Numbered from the stretch's first letter, positions 8,509 to 18,460 are shown. The stretch: 32,000 nucleotides of DNA from an uncultured archaeon (GCA_964354495.1 CAYHAA010000017.1:36939-68938), one strand, 5' to 3'. Numbers and translations: made by a program. Notes: generated by a model from the letters alone, not told the origin.

Positions 8509-10512
8509 ATGACGGACGAATCACTCTTGAACCGTGCAATCAATACAATCCGATTTCTCTCCGCTGATGCGGTACAAAAGGCCAATTCTGGGCATCCCGG
8601 TATGCCAATGGGTGCTGCTGCAATGGCGTATGTTCTTTGGACCCGTCACCTTCGATTCAATCCCAAGAATCCTGACTGGTGGGATCGAGACAGATTCGTA
8701 CTTTCGGGGGGACATGGATCAATGCTCCTGTATTCTCTTCTTCACTTGACGGGGTACGATGTCTCATTAGATGATATCAAGAACTTCAGGCAGTGGGAGA
8801 GTAAGACACCTGGACATCCAGAATGTTTCAGAACACCTGGTGTCGAAGTCACGACCGGGCCGCTGGGACAGGGATTTGCCAACTGTGTGGGCATGGCAAT
8901 AGCAGAGGCACATCTATCGGCTGTCTTCAACAGGGAAGAGTACAAGGTGGTCAATCATAATATCTACGGAATAGTGACTGATGGAGACCTCATGGAGGGA
9001 GTTTCCTCAGAGGCCGCTTCTCTTGCAGGGCATCTACGGCTAGGTAAGATCATACTGATGTATGATGACAATCGAATCTCGATTGATGGCAGCACAGACT
9101 TGACATTCACTGAGGACCGAGGGGCAAGGTTTGAAGCATATGGCTGGCATGTTCAGAGGATTGCTGACGGAAATGATGTTGACCTAGTAGATTCGGCCAT
9201 ATCGAATGCGAAGAAGGATCCTCGTCCATCGCTGATAATCTGTAGAACCCATATCGGTTTTGGATTGCCCAAGAAGCAGGACAGCTCCAAAGCTCATGGT
9301 GAGCCCCCAGGGGAGGAGGAACTGGAGAGTGCCAAGAGAAACCTAGGCTGGCCTCTGCAGCCTCGTTTCTTCATACCTGATGATGTTCTTACTCACTTTC
9401 GAAAGGCTGTCAAGAAGGGAAAGAGCCTCGAATCAGAGTGGCAATCCAACTATTCTGCCTATACAAAGAAGTATCCCGATCTAGCAGAAGAACTCAAGAG
9501 ACGCATGAAAGGAGAGCTAACCTCTGGTTGGGAAGATGCTCTTCCTACATTTCCGGCAGATGCAAAGGGGATGGCAACGCGAGCGGCATCTGGAAAGGTA
9601 ATCAATGCTCTTGCAATGAAGCTTCCCGAACTCATCGGCGGCTCCGCGGACCTCACGCCTTCGAACAAGTCGTGGATTGATGATAGTCCCTCCTTTCAGG
9701 CGGTATCTTTGTCTGGTCGGAACATACACTATGGAGTTCGGGAGCACGCGATGGGAGGTGCCGTGAATGGCATGGCTGCCCACGGAGGAGTCATTCCGTT
9801 TGCAGCCACATTTCTGATGTTCTCAGACTATATGCGGCCAGCAATACGACTCTCTGCGTTGTCAGGGCACCGGAGCATTTGGGTATTCACTCATGACAGC
9901 ATTGGCGTCGGGGAGGACGGTCCTACTCATCAGCCTGTAGAACACTTTGCTGCACTTCGTGCAATTCCAAATCTTACAGTTGTGAGACCCGGTGATGCAA
10001 ATGAGGTGGTGGAAGCATGGAGAGTCGCAATCTCCAATAGAAAGGGTCCAACTCTTCTGGCATTGACCAGGCAAAACGTACCAGTCCTAGACCGGAGTAA
10101 ATATGCTGCTGCTACTGGACTGAAAAGAGGAGCATATGTGCTGGCAGACCTTGGCAAAGAACCAGAAATAGTTCTAATGGCTTCGGGTTCAGAACTGGGA
10201 ATAGTCGTTCAAGCTGGAGAGATGCTCCACTCGAAGGGCACTGCTGTACGTCTTGTGTCATTCCCAAGCTGGGAACTATTCAGAGCGCAGAGCCAAGACT
10301 ACCGTGACTCAGTCCTTCCACCAAAAATGAAAAAACGCCTCGTCGTCGAAGCGGGAGTGGCTCAAGGGTGGGAGCGCTGGGCCGGAGAGAATGCGAGATA
10401 TCTATGCATTGACAAATTTGGTGCCTCTGCGCCAGCAGAAGTCCTCTTTGAGAGGTACGGATTCACTGTTGAGAACGTCGTGAAACGTGCTCAAGAACTA
10501 CTCGCTGAATAA
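8509..10512 (+). CDS. tkt: Transketolase, single-chain bacterial type
   Basis: [40 protein letters not shown] ThDP motif, [16 protein letters not shown]. Probable start 8509 (alternative 8494). Confidence 0.97.
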   Translation: MTDESLLNRAINTIRFLSADAVQKANSGHPGMPMGAAAMAYVLWTRHLRFNPKNPDWWDRDRFVLSGGHGSMLLYSLLHLTGYDVSLDDIKNFRQWESKTPGHPECFRTPGVEVTTGPLGQGFANCVGMAIAEAHLSAVFNREEYKVVNHNIYGIVTDGDLMEGVSSEAASLAGHLRLGKIILMYDDNRISIDGSTDLTFTEDRGARFEAYGWHVQRIADGNDVDLVDSAISNAKKDPRPSLIICRTHIGFGLPKKQDSSKAHGEPPGEEELESAKRNLGWPLQPRFFIPDDVLTHFRKAVKKGKSLESEWQSNYSAYTKKYPDLAEELKRRMKGELTSGWEDALPTFPADAKGMATRAASGKVINALAMKLPELIGGSADLTPSNKSWIDDSPSFQAVSLSGRNIHYGVREHAMGGAVNGMAAHGGVIPFAATFLMFSDYMRPAIRLSALSGHRSIWVFTHDSIGVGEDGPTHQPVEHFAALRAIPNLTVVRPGDANEVVEAWRVAISNRKGPTLLALTRQNVPVLDRSKYAAATGLKRGAYVLADLGKEPEIVLMASGSELGIVVQAGEMLHSKGTAVRLVSFPSWELFRAQSQDYRDSVLPPKMKKRLVVEAGVAQGWERWAGENARYLCIDKFGASAPAEVLFERYGFTVENVVKRAQELLAE

Positions 10513-10661
10513 GTGTGATGAAGGCCCCATGAATCTTTAGAAGCATTCATAAAACTTCTATGAGCATTTACAGGTCTTATAGGTCCAATTAGCACCCTAA
10601 AACCCGTTGCTAGTCAATATTGGCTATATATACTGAATTCGCAGTGGTTCTTGGTGATCTA

Positions 10662-11612
10662 ATGGACACTTACAAGAAAACCATCCTAGCAACCCTCGCA
10701 TTGCTGATTGTGGGTATTGGTGTACCCCTAGCAGCTGCTCAGGGGAATAGCGTAGAGTATCAGTATTCAGCAGGTATTGTGACTCTGACTACAGATGATA
10801 TCTCTATCAAAGTAACAGGCAATAATCAGGCTCCACACTTTCACTGGTGGGATCCCAATACGCCGGCAGTCGACTATCACGTCGTCTTTGTGAAGATGTT
10901 TGAGGCCAACGATACCAACGCAGATGGTGTCTACACTAATGGTACAGACAGAATCATCGGTGCTCCACTTGCCCTACCAAGTATCGGATGGGAGTTCAGT
11001 GGCTTTGAAGTTGAAGAGGAGGGTGGAAACACCACGGCTGTTCACTTCAATTTCACGACTATCACAGAGTTCAATCCACGTCCTGAAGGCGCAGGAATGG
11101 ACTATGGCAGTCTGCCGAACCTTCCGTCATTCAATGTTACAATTGAGGTAAGAGTCCATCTCTATTTGTCCACACCGGGCGAGATGAAGTTCGACCTTAT
11201 TGTAGGAGGATGGCAATGGACCTATGAGGACTCCATTCTAGTGCTTCAGTTCAATCTGACTCAGAGCAATCACGGCGAAGTCCAAGGCGACCAGGACCCT
11301 GCTGGATTCCACAAGACAGGTACCAAGTTCCAGTTCGAGAACGGGTACTTCGAGTACAATGAAACTGCTCTGGCAGCCAATAACTCGTTGCAGGTCATGG
11401 CCAGCTATGGAACAAGCACTGGTTTGGAGGCGGGTCAAGCAATCTATCTAGCGTTCGAGAACTTCGGCAGTGACACGCTCGAGTACGATCCTATCCTTGG
11501 TATTGGCTCATCAACATCCACCGCCTTCGTACTGGACCCAATGACTTTGGCAATTATCGGCGGAGCTGTTGTAGTTCTTCTCCTCGTTGCAGTGATTATC
11601 AAGAAACGATAG
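10662..11612 (+). CDS. Secreted, C-terminally membrane-anchored surface protein
   Basis: SD GGTGA before ATG 10662; N-terminal signal-like segment (KKTILATLALLIVGIGVPLAAA); several N-x-S/T sequons; C-terminal TM plus KKR. Confidence 0.85.
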   Translation: MDTYKKTILATLALLIVGIGVPLAAAQGNSVEYQYSAGIVTLTTDDISIKVTGNNQAPHFHWWDPNTPAVDYHVVFVKMFEANDTNADGVYTNGTDRIIGAPLALPSIGWEFSGFEVEEEGGNTTAVHFNFTTITEFNPRPEGAGMDYGSLPNLPSFNVTIEVRVHLYLSTPGEMKFDLIVGGWQWTYEDSILVLQFNLTQSNHGEVQGDQDPAGFHKTGTKFQFENGYFEYNETALAANNSLQVMASYGTSTGLEAGQAIYLAFENFGSDTLEYDPILGIGSSTSTAFVLDPMTLAIIGGAVVVLLLVAVIIKKR

Positions 11613-11626
11613 AAGTAGTCTGTCTT

Positions 11627-11660
11627 GGAAGCAGTTCTCCTGCTTCCTCTCTCCTTTTTC
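11627..11660 (+). terminator. Hairpin plus pyrimidine-tract terminator
   Basis: GGAAGCAG-TTCTC-CTGCTTCC perfect 8-bp stem followed by TCTCTCCTTTTTC, 15 nt after the stop at 11612. Confidence 0.7.
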
Positions 11661-11726
11661 CGAGAAAACTCCTCTTCAGAAGTCTTTAGTATAGACGTAA
11701 TATTCTTACGAGCAAGGGTAGCCCTA

Positions 11727-12152
11727 ATGGATGGTGCTCAAGTGCAAGAATCTTTTGATAGTGTTGTGAAGGGATGGTCTGAAGAGATATGGGATCTTGA
11801 AAAGTTCCATAAAATCACTGATGATATCAACAAAACGCTGATTGACATGGGTCATGGCAGCTCTCAAGTCGGAATCGCACTGAACAAACTCTGGACCTTT
11901 ATGGATCAGATGATGTCCTCTTTTGGACTGATTATGACGGATGAAGAAATGCAAATGGATTTCATTGCATTGCTTAAGAAAGAGAACTTCGATGCGCTGC
12001 ATGAAATCAAGGTTGAAGTCAATGGAAACACTGCAGTCATTGTGAATCTGAGGGAACTGAAGAAGACACACGACCCCGAAGCAGCAAGGCACGCAAGGAT
12101 GAAGAAGTCTTTCGATGATTTCATGCCGACTTCTGGCCGCCGACCAAAGTAG
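11727..12152 (+). CDS. Hypothetical protein (~141 aa)
   Basis: Probable ATG at 11727; the track's 5' extension overlaps the terminator. Helical composition, no family recognised. Confidence 0.7.
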   Translation: MDGAQVQESFDSVVKGWSEEIWDLEKFHKITDDINKTLIDMGHGSSQVGIALNKLWTFMDQMMSSFGLIMTDEEMQMDFIALLKKENFDALHEIKVEVNGNTAVIVNLRELKKTHDPEAARHARMKKSFDDFMPTSGRRPK

Positions 12153-12236
12153 ACATCCTTCGGAGTGGGTGTATACCGAGGTCGATGAGATGCAGTAAAT
12201 CCAAGGAACTAATGTACGCTAAAGGCAAAAGATATA

Positions 12237-12254
12237 TAGTTCGGTACCGAACTA
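12237..12254. promoter_or_regulatory. Perfect 18-bp palindrome TAGTTCGGTACCGAACTA, putative MarR operator
   Basis: Overlaps the end of a BRE/TATA-like AAAGGCAAAAGATATATA and lies 27 nt upstream of the operon containing the MarR gene. Confidence 0.75.
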
Positions 12255-12281
12255 GTTGGACAGTGTCGGAGCTGAGTCATC

Positions 12282-12746
12282 ATGAATGAAAAGGCAATCA
12301 AGGAACTGTGCCGCAATCTCTTGGAAAAGGGTTGGCCAGCCTACGTCACAACAGTTGACAGGAAAGGGTTTCCACAGACAAGGGCTATGTTCAATCTCAG
12401 AAACAGGAGACACTTTCCGAAACTAATGAAGTTCTTTGAGGAACAGAAAGATGATTTCACACTGATATTCACAACCAATACGTCCTCCACTAAAATGGAT
12501 GACATCAAATTGAACAGGGCGGTTTCGGTGTACTACTGCGACCCAGATACATGGAGGGGAGTGATGTTCAGCGGTCTCATCGAGATTGTCAATGATTCTC
12601 TTACCAAGAGAGCAATTTGGCAGCCGGAGTGGAACAAGTACTACCCAGAGGAGTATGACGATCCGGACCACACTGTTCTTCGCCTACTACCAACTATGGC
12701 GAAAGGATGGAGCGCTGCAGAAACGTTCATGCTGGAGTTGAGGTGA
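12282..12746 (+). CDS. Pyridoxamine 5'-phosphate oxidase-like (split-barrel FMN-binding) protein
   Basis: AYVTTVDRKGFPQTRAM, FTTNTSSTKM..IKLN.AVSVYY, W...W.KYYPE..DDPD pattern of the general-stress/PNPOx family. Confidence 0.88.
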   Translation: MNEKAIKELCRNLLEKGWPAYVTTVDRKGFPQTRAMFNLRNRRHFPKLMKFFEEQKDDFTLIFTTNTSSTKMDDIKLNRAVSVYYCDPDTWRGVMFSGLIEIVNDSLTKRAIWQPEWNKYYPEEYDDPDHTVLRLLPTMAKGWSAAETFMLELR

Positions 12747-12752
12747 TCTAAG

Positions 12753-13217
12753 GTGATGTCGCAGAGAGCAGGTGGTTTTCTAATCACACAGATTCACCAC
12801 CTAGGAAGAAGAGTGTTCACAGAACTTCTGAGGAAGCAGGAAATAGAGATAGGACCAGGGCAAGGCAGAATCCTATTTGCACTATGGCAGAGAGATGGTG
12901 TCCCAATCAACGATTTGGTCGAGAGGACCCTCCTAAGGAAATCTACGCTGAGTGAACTACTGGATAATCTAGAGAAAGCAGGATATGTCCGCCGAGAGCA
13001 GTCTGAAGAAGACCGAAGGAAGATTCTGATTAGATTGACAGAGAGAACGCAAAAGCTTCAGAAGGTGTACATCAATCTCTCTGTCGAGATGACAAAACTG
13101 TTCTACAAGGGGTTCACTGATGAGGAGATCGATGAGTTCGAAGCACTCCTCCATAGAATCCTGGACAATCTCCTTCCGCATGATTCCGAAGGGAATCTAG
13201 AGGAGGAAGTGCCCTAA
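12753..13217 (+). CDS. MarR family transcriptional regulator
   Basis: QGRILFALW..DG...L....LLRKSTLSELLDNLEKAGYVRR..S.EDRRKILIRLT. Confidence 0.93.
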   Translation: MMSQRAGGFLITQIHHLGRRVFTELLRKQEIEIGPGQGRILFALWQRDGVPINDLVERTLLRKSTLSELLDNLEKAGYVRREQSEEDRRKILIRLTERTQKLQKVYINLSVEMTKLFYKGFTDEEIDEFEALLHRILDNLLPHDSEGNLEEEVP

Positions 13218-13297
13218 TCGATAGTCTTGGATGAACCTATTGAGACGTCTTTATGTAGCAGTAATGGCAGACGAGATTCCGTCTAGGTGAGTATTAG

Positions 13298-14869
13298 ATG
13301 AGCTCTGACGATGATTCATTGACACAGGACCAGAGAGAACTGGGCCTGCGCAAGATGACATGGCAGGGTATAACATCACAGGTCAGGATGACGCTCACTG
13401 AGAGCGTGTTTCTTGTCGGATTTGCTGTTGTCGTATTGAATGCCCCGAACACACTGATTGGCATACTGGCAGCTATTCCGTTCCTAGCTCAGCTTCTTCA
13501 GATTCCTTCGGTCTACTTAATTCACAGAGCAGGCAAGAGAAAAATCATCAATGTTGTTACTCAACTGGGAAACAGATTAGCAATCTTGGGAATGGTGTTG
13601 ATTCCCTTTCTCTCAGTTTCTGATGTCCGTCTTGTTCTCCTAGTCGTCTTCGTGGCAATTCAAGCCATCTTCAATGCTATAGGATCTCCGAGCTGGAACT
13701 CTTGGCTGAGAGACCTCGTACCAACCGATCGCTTGGGCAGATTCTTTTCGGTAAGGATGGCAGCAACAGGACTGGTCGCAATTATTGTATCTCTGCTTGG
13801 CGGTCAGTTCATCGGACTGTGGAATGAAGCATATAGCCAAGACCCAAGCATAGTATATTCAATCCTCTTCTTTGTTGCCTTTGTATTTGGCATGATCGCA
13901 GTCTACTTCACGGCTACCACGCCCGAACCCAAACTGGTTGTTCCTGATCGGGGAATGAAGTTCTCACAGATTGTAGCAGAACCATTCAAAGATGACAACT
14001 TCAGGCAGCTAATATGGTTCTCAGTCGTATGGACATTCAGTACTGCCCTTGTTTCTCCATTCTTCACAGTCTATCTACTCACTCGCGCTGGACTGGACCT
14101 GCCCGCAATCACGATACTTGTCGCTGTTACCCAGTTTGTCAGCATTGCATTCTTCAGATTCTGGGGGCGACTCTCAGATAGATTCAGTAACAAATCCATT
14201 CTTCAGGTAGCATCCCCTCTCTTCATCATCAGCACAGTGATGTGGACCTTCACCGCAGTCGCGGACTTCTATTCTCTGAAAATTCCACTCCTGTTTCTAA
14301 TACATGTTGTTTCTGGTTTTTCATCTGCGGGCATCAATCTTGCGACAAGCAATATTGGACTGAAACTTGCACCTAGGGGCGAAGCCACATCATATCTAGC
14401 ATCTAGGGGAAGTGTTATGGCTGTAGCCGGAACCGCAGCTCCGCTGATTGGTGGAGCAGCTGCAGATATCTTCACAGAGTACGGATTCAGACTTGATCTC
14501 ACATTTGAGTTTCCGGGGGGAAGCTTCAGCAACTTTCCAGCATATGATATCACAGGACTGGATTTCATCTTCATCATTTCTGCCGTCATTGGATTCTATT
14601 CTTTGTATCGTTTGTCAAGGGTCAAGGAAACAGGTGAGGTGGAGGAACACATTGTAATAGAAGCCATCATGGAAGAAACGAGAAGAAATGTGAGGACACT
14701 ATCGACTGTCGATGGATTACGGCACGCTTTTCACTTTCCAGTGTCCGAAGACTTAGATTCCATAAGAAGAAGACGAAAGAAGAGAAACGTGATACAGAAG
14801 AAGACGGACGAAGAACTGAAGCAGACCTCTGAACATCCAGATGACAAGAATCATTCACAGGGCGCGTGA
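13298..14869 (+). CDS. MFS transporter
   Basis: About 12 TM segments; WLRDLVP.DRLGRFFS and WGRLSDRFSNK loop motifs. Confidence 0.9.
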   Translation: MSSDDDSLTQDQRELGLRKMTWQGITSQVRMTLTESVFLVGFAVVVLNAPNTLIGILAAIPFLAQLLQIPSVYLIHRAGKRKIINVVTQLGNRLAILGMVLIPFLSVSDVRLVLLVVFVAIQAIFNAIGSPSWNSWLRDLVPTDRLGRFFSVRMAATGLVAIIVSLLGGQFIGLWNEAYSQDPSIVYSILFFVAFVFGMIAVYFTATTPEPKLVVPDRGMKFSQIVAEPFKDDNFRQLIWFSVVWTFSTALVSPFFTVYLLTRAGLDLPAITILVAVTQFVSIAFFRFWGRLSDRFSNKSILQVASPLFIISTVMWTFTAVADFYSLKIPLLFLIHVVSGFSSAGINLATSNIGLKLAPRGEATSYLASRGSVMAVAGTAAPLIGGAAADIFTEYGFRLDLTFEFPGGSFSNFPAYDITGLDFIFIISAVIGFYSLYRLSRVKETGEVEEHIVIEAIMEETRRNVRTLSTVDGLRHAFHFPVSEDLDSIRRRRKKRNVIQKKTDEELKQTSEHPDDKNHSQGA

Positions 14870-14982
14870 TACAGCTTAGTCTGGAACCATGTCAAAGTCG
14901 TTTCGCTATCACCCAACATATGAGCGGCTCTCTTACAAAACTGATCGAGAGGATAGGGAGCTTCCACAATGATTCAGGAGAT

Positions 14983-15867
14983 CTATCTTGGATCTAATGT
15001 CCAACTTCGCTCGTCAATCAAGTATTTGGTGTTACGTCCTAGATTGTATACACGTTTCAAGGCCTTGTCAGCATCATAGTACCAGAGAGTCCTTGCAAGA
15101 GTCCATTTGAATTTGAGAATGCGATAACGTCGTAATGCAGCTGCTGACTTCTTCCTGAGACTGTCTGTAGAAACCTCTGGATTCTTGCTCAACTCACGAA
15201 GATTCTGAAGTCTGGATTCAATGGAAAGCAAATCCCTAGTGATAGTTCTCTCAATTGCCTCCTTGATCTGTGCTGCATCCAGTGGATCTACTAACTTTAG
15301 TCGCGACCACCGCTTGGAACTTGCTCCCATCAATTTGAGTTGATGATTGAATTCTTTCGAGTCTAGCAATGAATGCTCTTTTTCCTCATCAAGCACTCTT
15401 CTGCGCTCTTTGGAACGAAGCACGGGGAAGAGGAGAACCCCAGGTCTAAGTCGAATTGCTGCTGACCTTCTTATGAGGCGCTCAACACGCTTCTTCTGTT
15501 TCGCCGTGGGGCTATTGAAATTGTAAGTCACTATCGAATATGCTCGATAAGCATGAGGATCATCGAGCCGATCCTTTCTTCTTGGTATCTCGCGGGTCCG
15601 GATGAAAGAGAGCGTGGGTATGGACTGAAGAATATCTGTGTACGGCCCCGTATTAGACCCTGCGATGAAGAGACCCTTTCTGACTCTCACAAAATCGTTG
15701 TACTGTCTGAGTCTTTTTGAAACTCCTTTGATTCCCTCTTTCGACCCAAGAAGTACAATCAGCTGCGATGTGCCCTTCAGATCCTGCCGTTCAAGATTGA
15801 TGCTCTCAGTGTTTAGCTCGTTCACGACTGCTGAACCATCCATATTGGAGTCCGATTCTTGACCCAT
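14983..15867 (-). CDS. Basic hypothetical protein with a ChrB-N/PaaX-like (Cas2-like ferredoxin-fold) central domain
   Basis: SIVTYNF...KRVERLIRRSAAIRLRPGVLLFP followed by a coiled-coil-like helical region. Start uncertain (15876/15867/15843). Confidence 0.6.
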   Translation of the reverse strand: MGQESDSNMDGSAVVNELNTESINLERQDLKGTSQLIVLLGSKEGIKGVSKRLRQYNDFVRVRKGLFIAGSNTGPYTDILQSIPTLSFIRTREIPRRKDRLDDPHAYRAYSIVTYNFNSPTAKQKKRVERLIRRSAAIRLRPGVLLFPVLRSKERRRVLDEEKEHSLLDSKEFNHQLKLMGASSKRWSRLKLVDPLDAAQIKEAIERTITRDLLSIESRLQNLRELSKNPEVSTDSLRKKSAAALRRYRILKFKWTLARTLWYYDADKALKRVYNLGRNTKYLIDERSWTLDPR

Positions 15868-16096
15868 GAAGTGCACAAAAACCAGAGTGACACATAGATA
15901 GGATAGGCATAGTCGTTAAAATCTTTGTTGTGGCAACCTAATCATCTCAGTTCACGTAAATGAAGTTGATAGACCGTTTATTGATTTCTAATCCCTTCAT
16001 ACCATTCCTTTTAATGATTAGGGGGTTATGAAGTAGGAAATGTGCATTAGACATACTTTACACATGTTGTTCATAACTATGTCAAGAGGTGAAGAA

Positions 16097-16177
16097 ATGG
16101 TCTTCGACGATGATGATTGGGACGACGATGACGAAGACTGGGACGACGATGATGATTTGGACGACGATGATTTCTAG
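16097..16177 (+). CDS. Ultra-acidic 26-aa peptide MVFDDDDWDDDDEDWDDDDDLDDDDF
   Basis: Strong SD GAGGTGA at 16086-16092; GAC/GAT codons are mixed rather than a pure microsatellite. Confidence 0.7.
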   Translation: MVFDDDDWDDDDEDWDDDDDLDDDDF

Positions 16178-16273
16178 TTCCATTCTGCATCGTTTCGTCA
16201 CAGACCAATCAGCGGTCTGTACTAGTCACCTGAGCAACATCAACTAAGTGTACTAATGTATGGAGGTGACACA

Positions 16274-16375
16274 ATGGGAAGCAAGAAACCAATGACTAGA
16301 AAGCCGAAGAAGGGAGCAAAGGCGGCGCATAAAGAAGGACAGCCTGGGCCTAGTGAAGAGAAGCCCGCTGCATAG
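16274..16375 (+). CDS. Lys-rich 33-aa peptide MGSKKPMTRKPKKGAKAAHKEGQPGPSEEKPAA
   Basis: Full-length SD GGAGGTGA at 16262-16269 before the ATG. Confidence 0.68.
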   Translation: MGSKKPMTRKPKKGAKAAHKEGQPGPSEEKPAA

Positions 16376-16547
16376 TGCGGACAACTAGGGACTGGTGAGT
16401 CGGCTTTGTATGAAGTTCCAGTTCGCTGGAGGGACTCATCGGTCACCTTTCTTTTCTTGTGATAGATCTGCAGGAAGTACTTCGTGTTTCTTTGTTTTAC
16501 ATAATGCTAAAATCCTAGCTAGGCAGTCCTGCAGCAGACTGATTGAA

Positions 16548-16883
16548 ATGAACACTAGGAGGTATCCAGATTGTATCAAGGCTCTAGCGAGAGCTAGGGT
16601 TCCTTTGTCAGGAGTGCACGGTTGGGTCGCTCAAGGAAAAGAGTTCCAGATGGTGTTCTTTGAGATAGAATCAGGAGCGCAGGTCTCTCCACATAGCCAT
16701 GGCGAGCAGTTCGGATATGTATTCGAAGGTGAGATAGTTCTCACAATTGGAGAGGACACTCGGACGTACAGAGGGGGAGATTCGTACCATATTCCAGCCG
16801 GAGTAGTTCATCAAGCAAAATTCATAACATTTGTCAGAGTGGTGGACTTCTTCTTGGAGCCGAATCGCTATAGAACTGAGTAG
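16548..16883 (+). CDS. Cupin domain protein
   Basis: PHSHGEQFGYVFEGEI...GDSYHIPAGVVH cupin motifs; probable ATG 16548. Confidence 0.92.
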   Translation: MNTRRYPDCIKALARARVPLSGVHGWVAQGKEFQMVFFEIESGAQVSPHSHGEQFGYVFEGEIVLTIGEDTRTYRGGDSYHIPAGVVHQAKFITFVRVVDFFLEPNRYRTE

Positions 16884-17029
16884 AGTAGACTCATGATGCC
16901 TTGGAGAAATATACCTATGGCATCAATATGACCAGGCTGTTTCGAAATGACAGGTAGAATGAACTTGGTACGGTATCAAAACACTTTAACCAGACAATTA
17001 GACGTAGCGGCAGTAGGAAGGACAAGGCT

Positions 17030-18322
17030 GTGGACTTCAAGGACCAAGACCGCTCTGATCAGAACTTTGCATCAGATGTTCTAAGATACTCCCAATTCGC
17101 CACAGTCCTCAACCTCTCCATAGTGACCTTCTTGGTACTACTAGGATTGAACATGGTTTCACCGATTCTTCCTAGCTATGCAGAGAGATTTCAGGTTTCG
17201 TACACTCTTGTTGGCTTCGTGATATCCTCCTTCGCTGTCGCAAGAATGATATTGGATATTCCGGCAGGGCTCCTCTCAAGAAGACATGACAAGAAGAATA
17301 TCATGATATTTGGCTTAGCCCTGCTTTATGCCTCGTCCATAATGGCAGGCCTTGCACCAGACTACACTACTCTGGTAATAGCAAGGATGATTGAGGGAGC
17401 AGGTTCTGCATGCTACGTCACAGCAGCCACTGTCTTCCTCGCACAGATATCAGGAAAAGAAAAGCGGGGGCAGTGGATGAGCCTCTATTCAGGCATGCTG
17501 TTACTGGGAAGCATTTTTGGTCCAACCTTCGGAGGCCTCATAGCTTCAGCATCCGGAATACGAGCTCCATTCTTTGCCTATGCGGCAGTAGCAGGACTAG
17601 GTGTGATTCCTACTCTCGTCTTGCCTAAGATTGAGAACTCCTCGCGGGCATCTGTGCATGACGGAAACAGATCGACCCTCCAAGACATGTGGCAGGTGCT
17701 GACCCATCCTTCATTCCTCCTCGCAACATTTGCCACCTTTGCTCTGTTCTTCATCCGAACTGGAGTGAGAAGTACCCTTGTTCCGTTGTTTTCTGCGAAT
17801 AACTTGGGATTGGACACAAGCTACATAGGAGGAATTCTTACAGTGGCAGGAGTGGCGACTGCAGCCACCATGGTTCCGATGGGAAAGCTCTCTGATCGAA
17901 TCGGAAGAAGAAATCCTCTGGTGCTATGTCTACTTCTGACAGCAGTCATCACAGTGTGGATTCCCTTCTCTAGTAATCTGCTCGAACTGTCGATTTCTAT
18001 GGCGATCTATGGCTTAATCGTAGGTCTATCAGGGCCGATTGCCGCATACGTAACAGATGTGTCGCCGCAAGACAAGCTCGAGGTCTCGATGGGACTCTAC
18101 CGAATGATAAGCGACATGGGATTCATTGCTGGGCCACTGCTCCTTGGCTACATAGCAGATGCAACAGCAATACCCGTAGCTGGAGCGACCCATTCGGGGC
18201 TCATCGGCATACTGCCTTTTGCAGCAGCTTCCCTAATCTTAGGGATGGCAGGTCTCTCACTTCTAAGAGCTCAGGACCCAATGAGGAAGACAGTTCGACG
18301 CGACTCAGAAGCAGTGGATTAA
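17030..18322 (+). CDS. MFS transporter (DHA1-like)
   Basis: GLLSRRHDKK motif-A variant, ARMIEGAGSA, GPTFGG, GKLSDRIGRR; 12 TM segments. Confidence 0.92.
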   Translation: MDFKDQDRSDQNFASDVLRYSQFATVLNLSIVTFLVLLGLNMVSPILPSYAERFQVSYTLVGFVISSFAVARMILDIPAGLLSRRHDKKNIMIFGLALLYASSIMAGLAPDYTTLVIARMIEGAGSACYVTAATVFLAQISGKEKRGQWMSLYSGMLLLGSIFGPTFGGLIASASGIRAPFFAYAAVAGLGVIPTLVLPKIENSSRASVHDGNRSTLQDMWQVLTHPSFLLATFATFALFFIRTGVRSTLVPLFSANNLGLDTSYIGGILTVAGVATAATMVPMGKLSDRIGRRNPLVLCLLLTAVITVWIPFSSNLLELSISMAIYGLIVGLSGPIAAYVTDVSPQDKLEVSMGLYRMISDMGFIAGPLLLGYIADATAIPVAGATHSGLIGILPFAAASLILGMAGLSLLRAQDPMRKTVRRDSEAVD

Positions 18323-18460
18323 AGATTGAAGAAAGCGGATGACACCCAAAGAATAAGTCAAATAACGGATATGCACAGTTGGAGAAGCAAGTCTAGCGGA
18401 GTACATTCTGCAGAATTCATGATTCGCGGGCAATTGAATTCTCTTGGGAGACTGGCAACT

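Noticed and set aside
15990-16035. Imperfect hairpin (CTTCATA...TATGAAG) upstream of the acidic peptide
   Set aside because: AT-rich weak stem with mismatches; insufficient to call a regulatory RNA.
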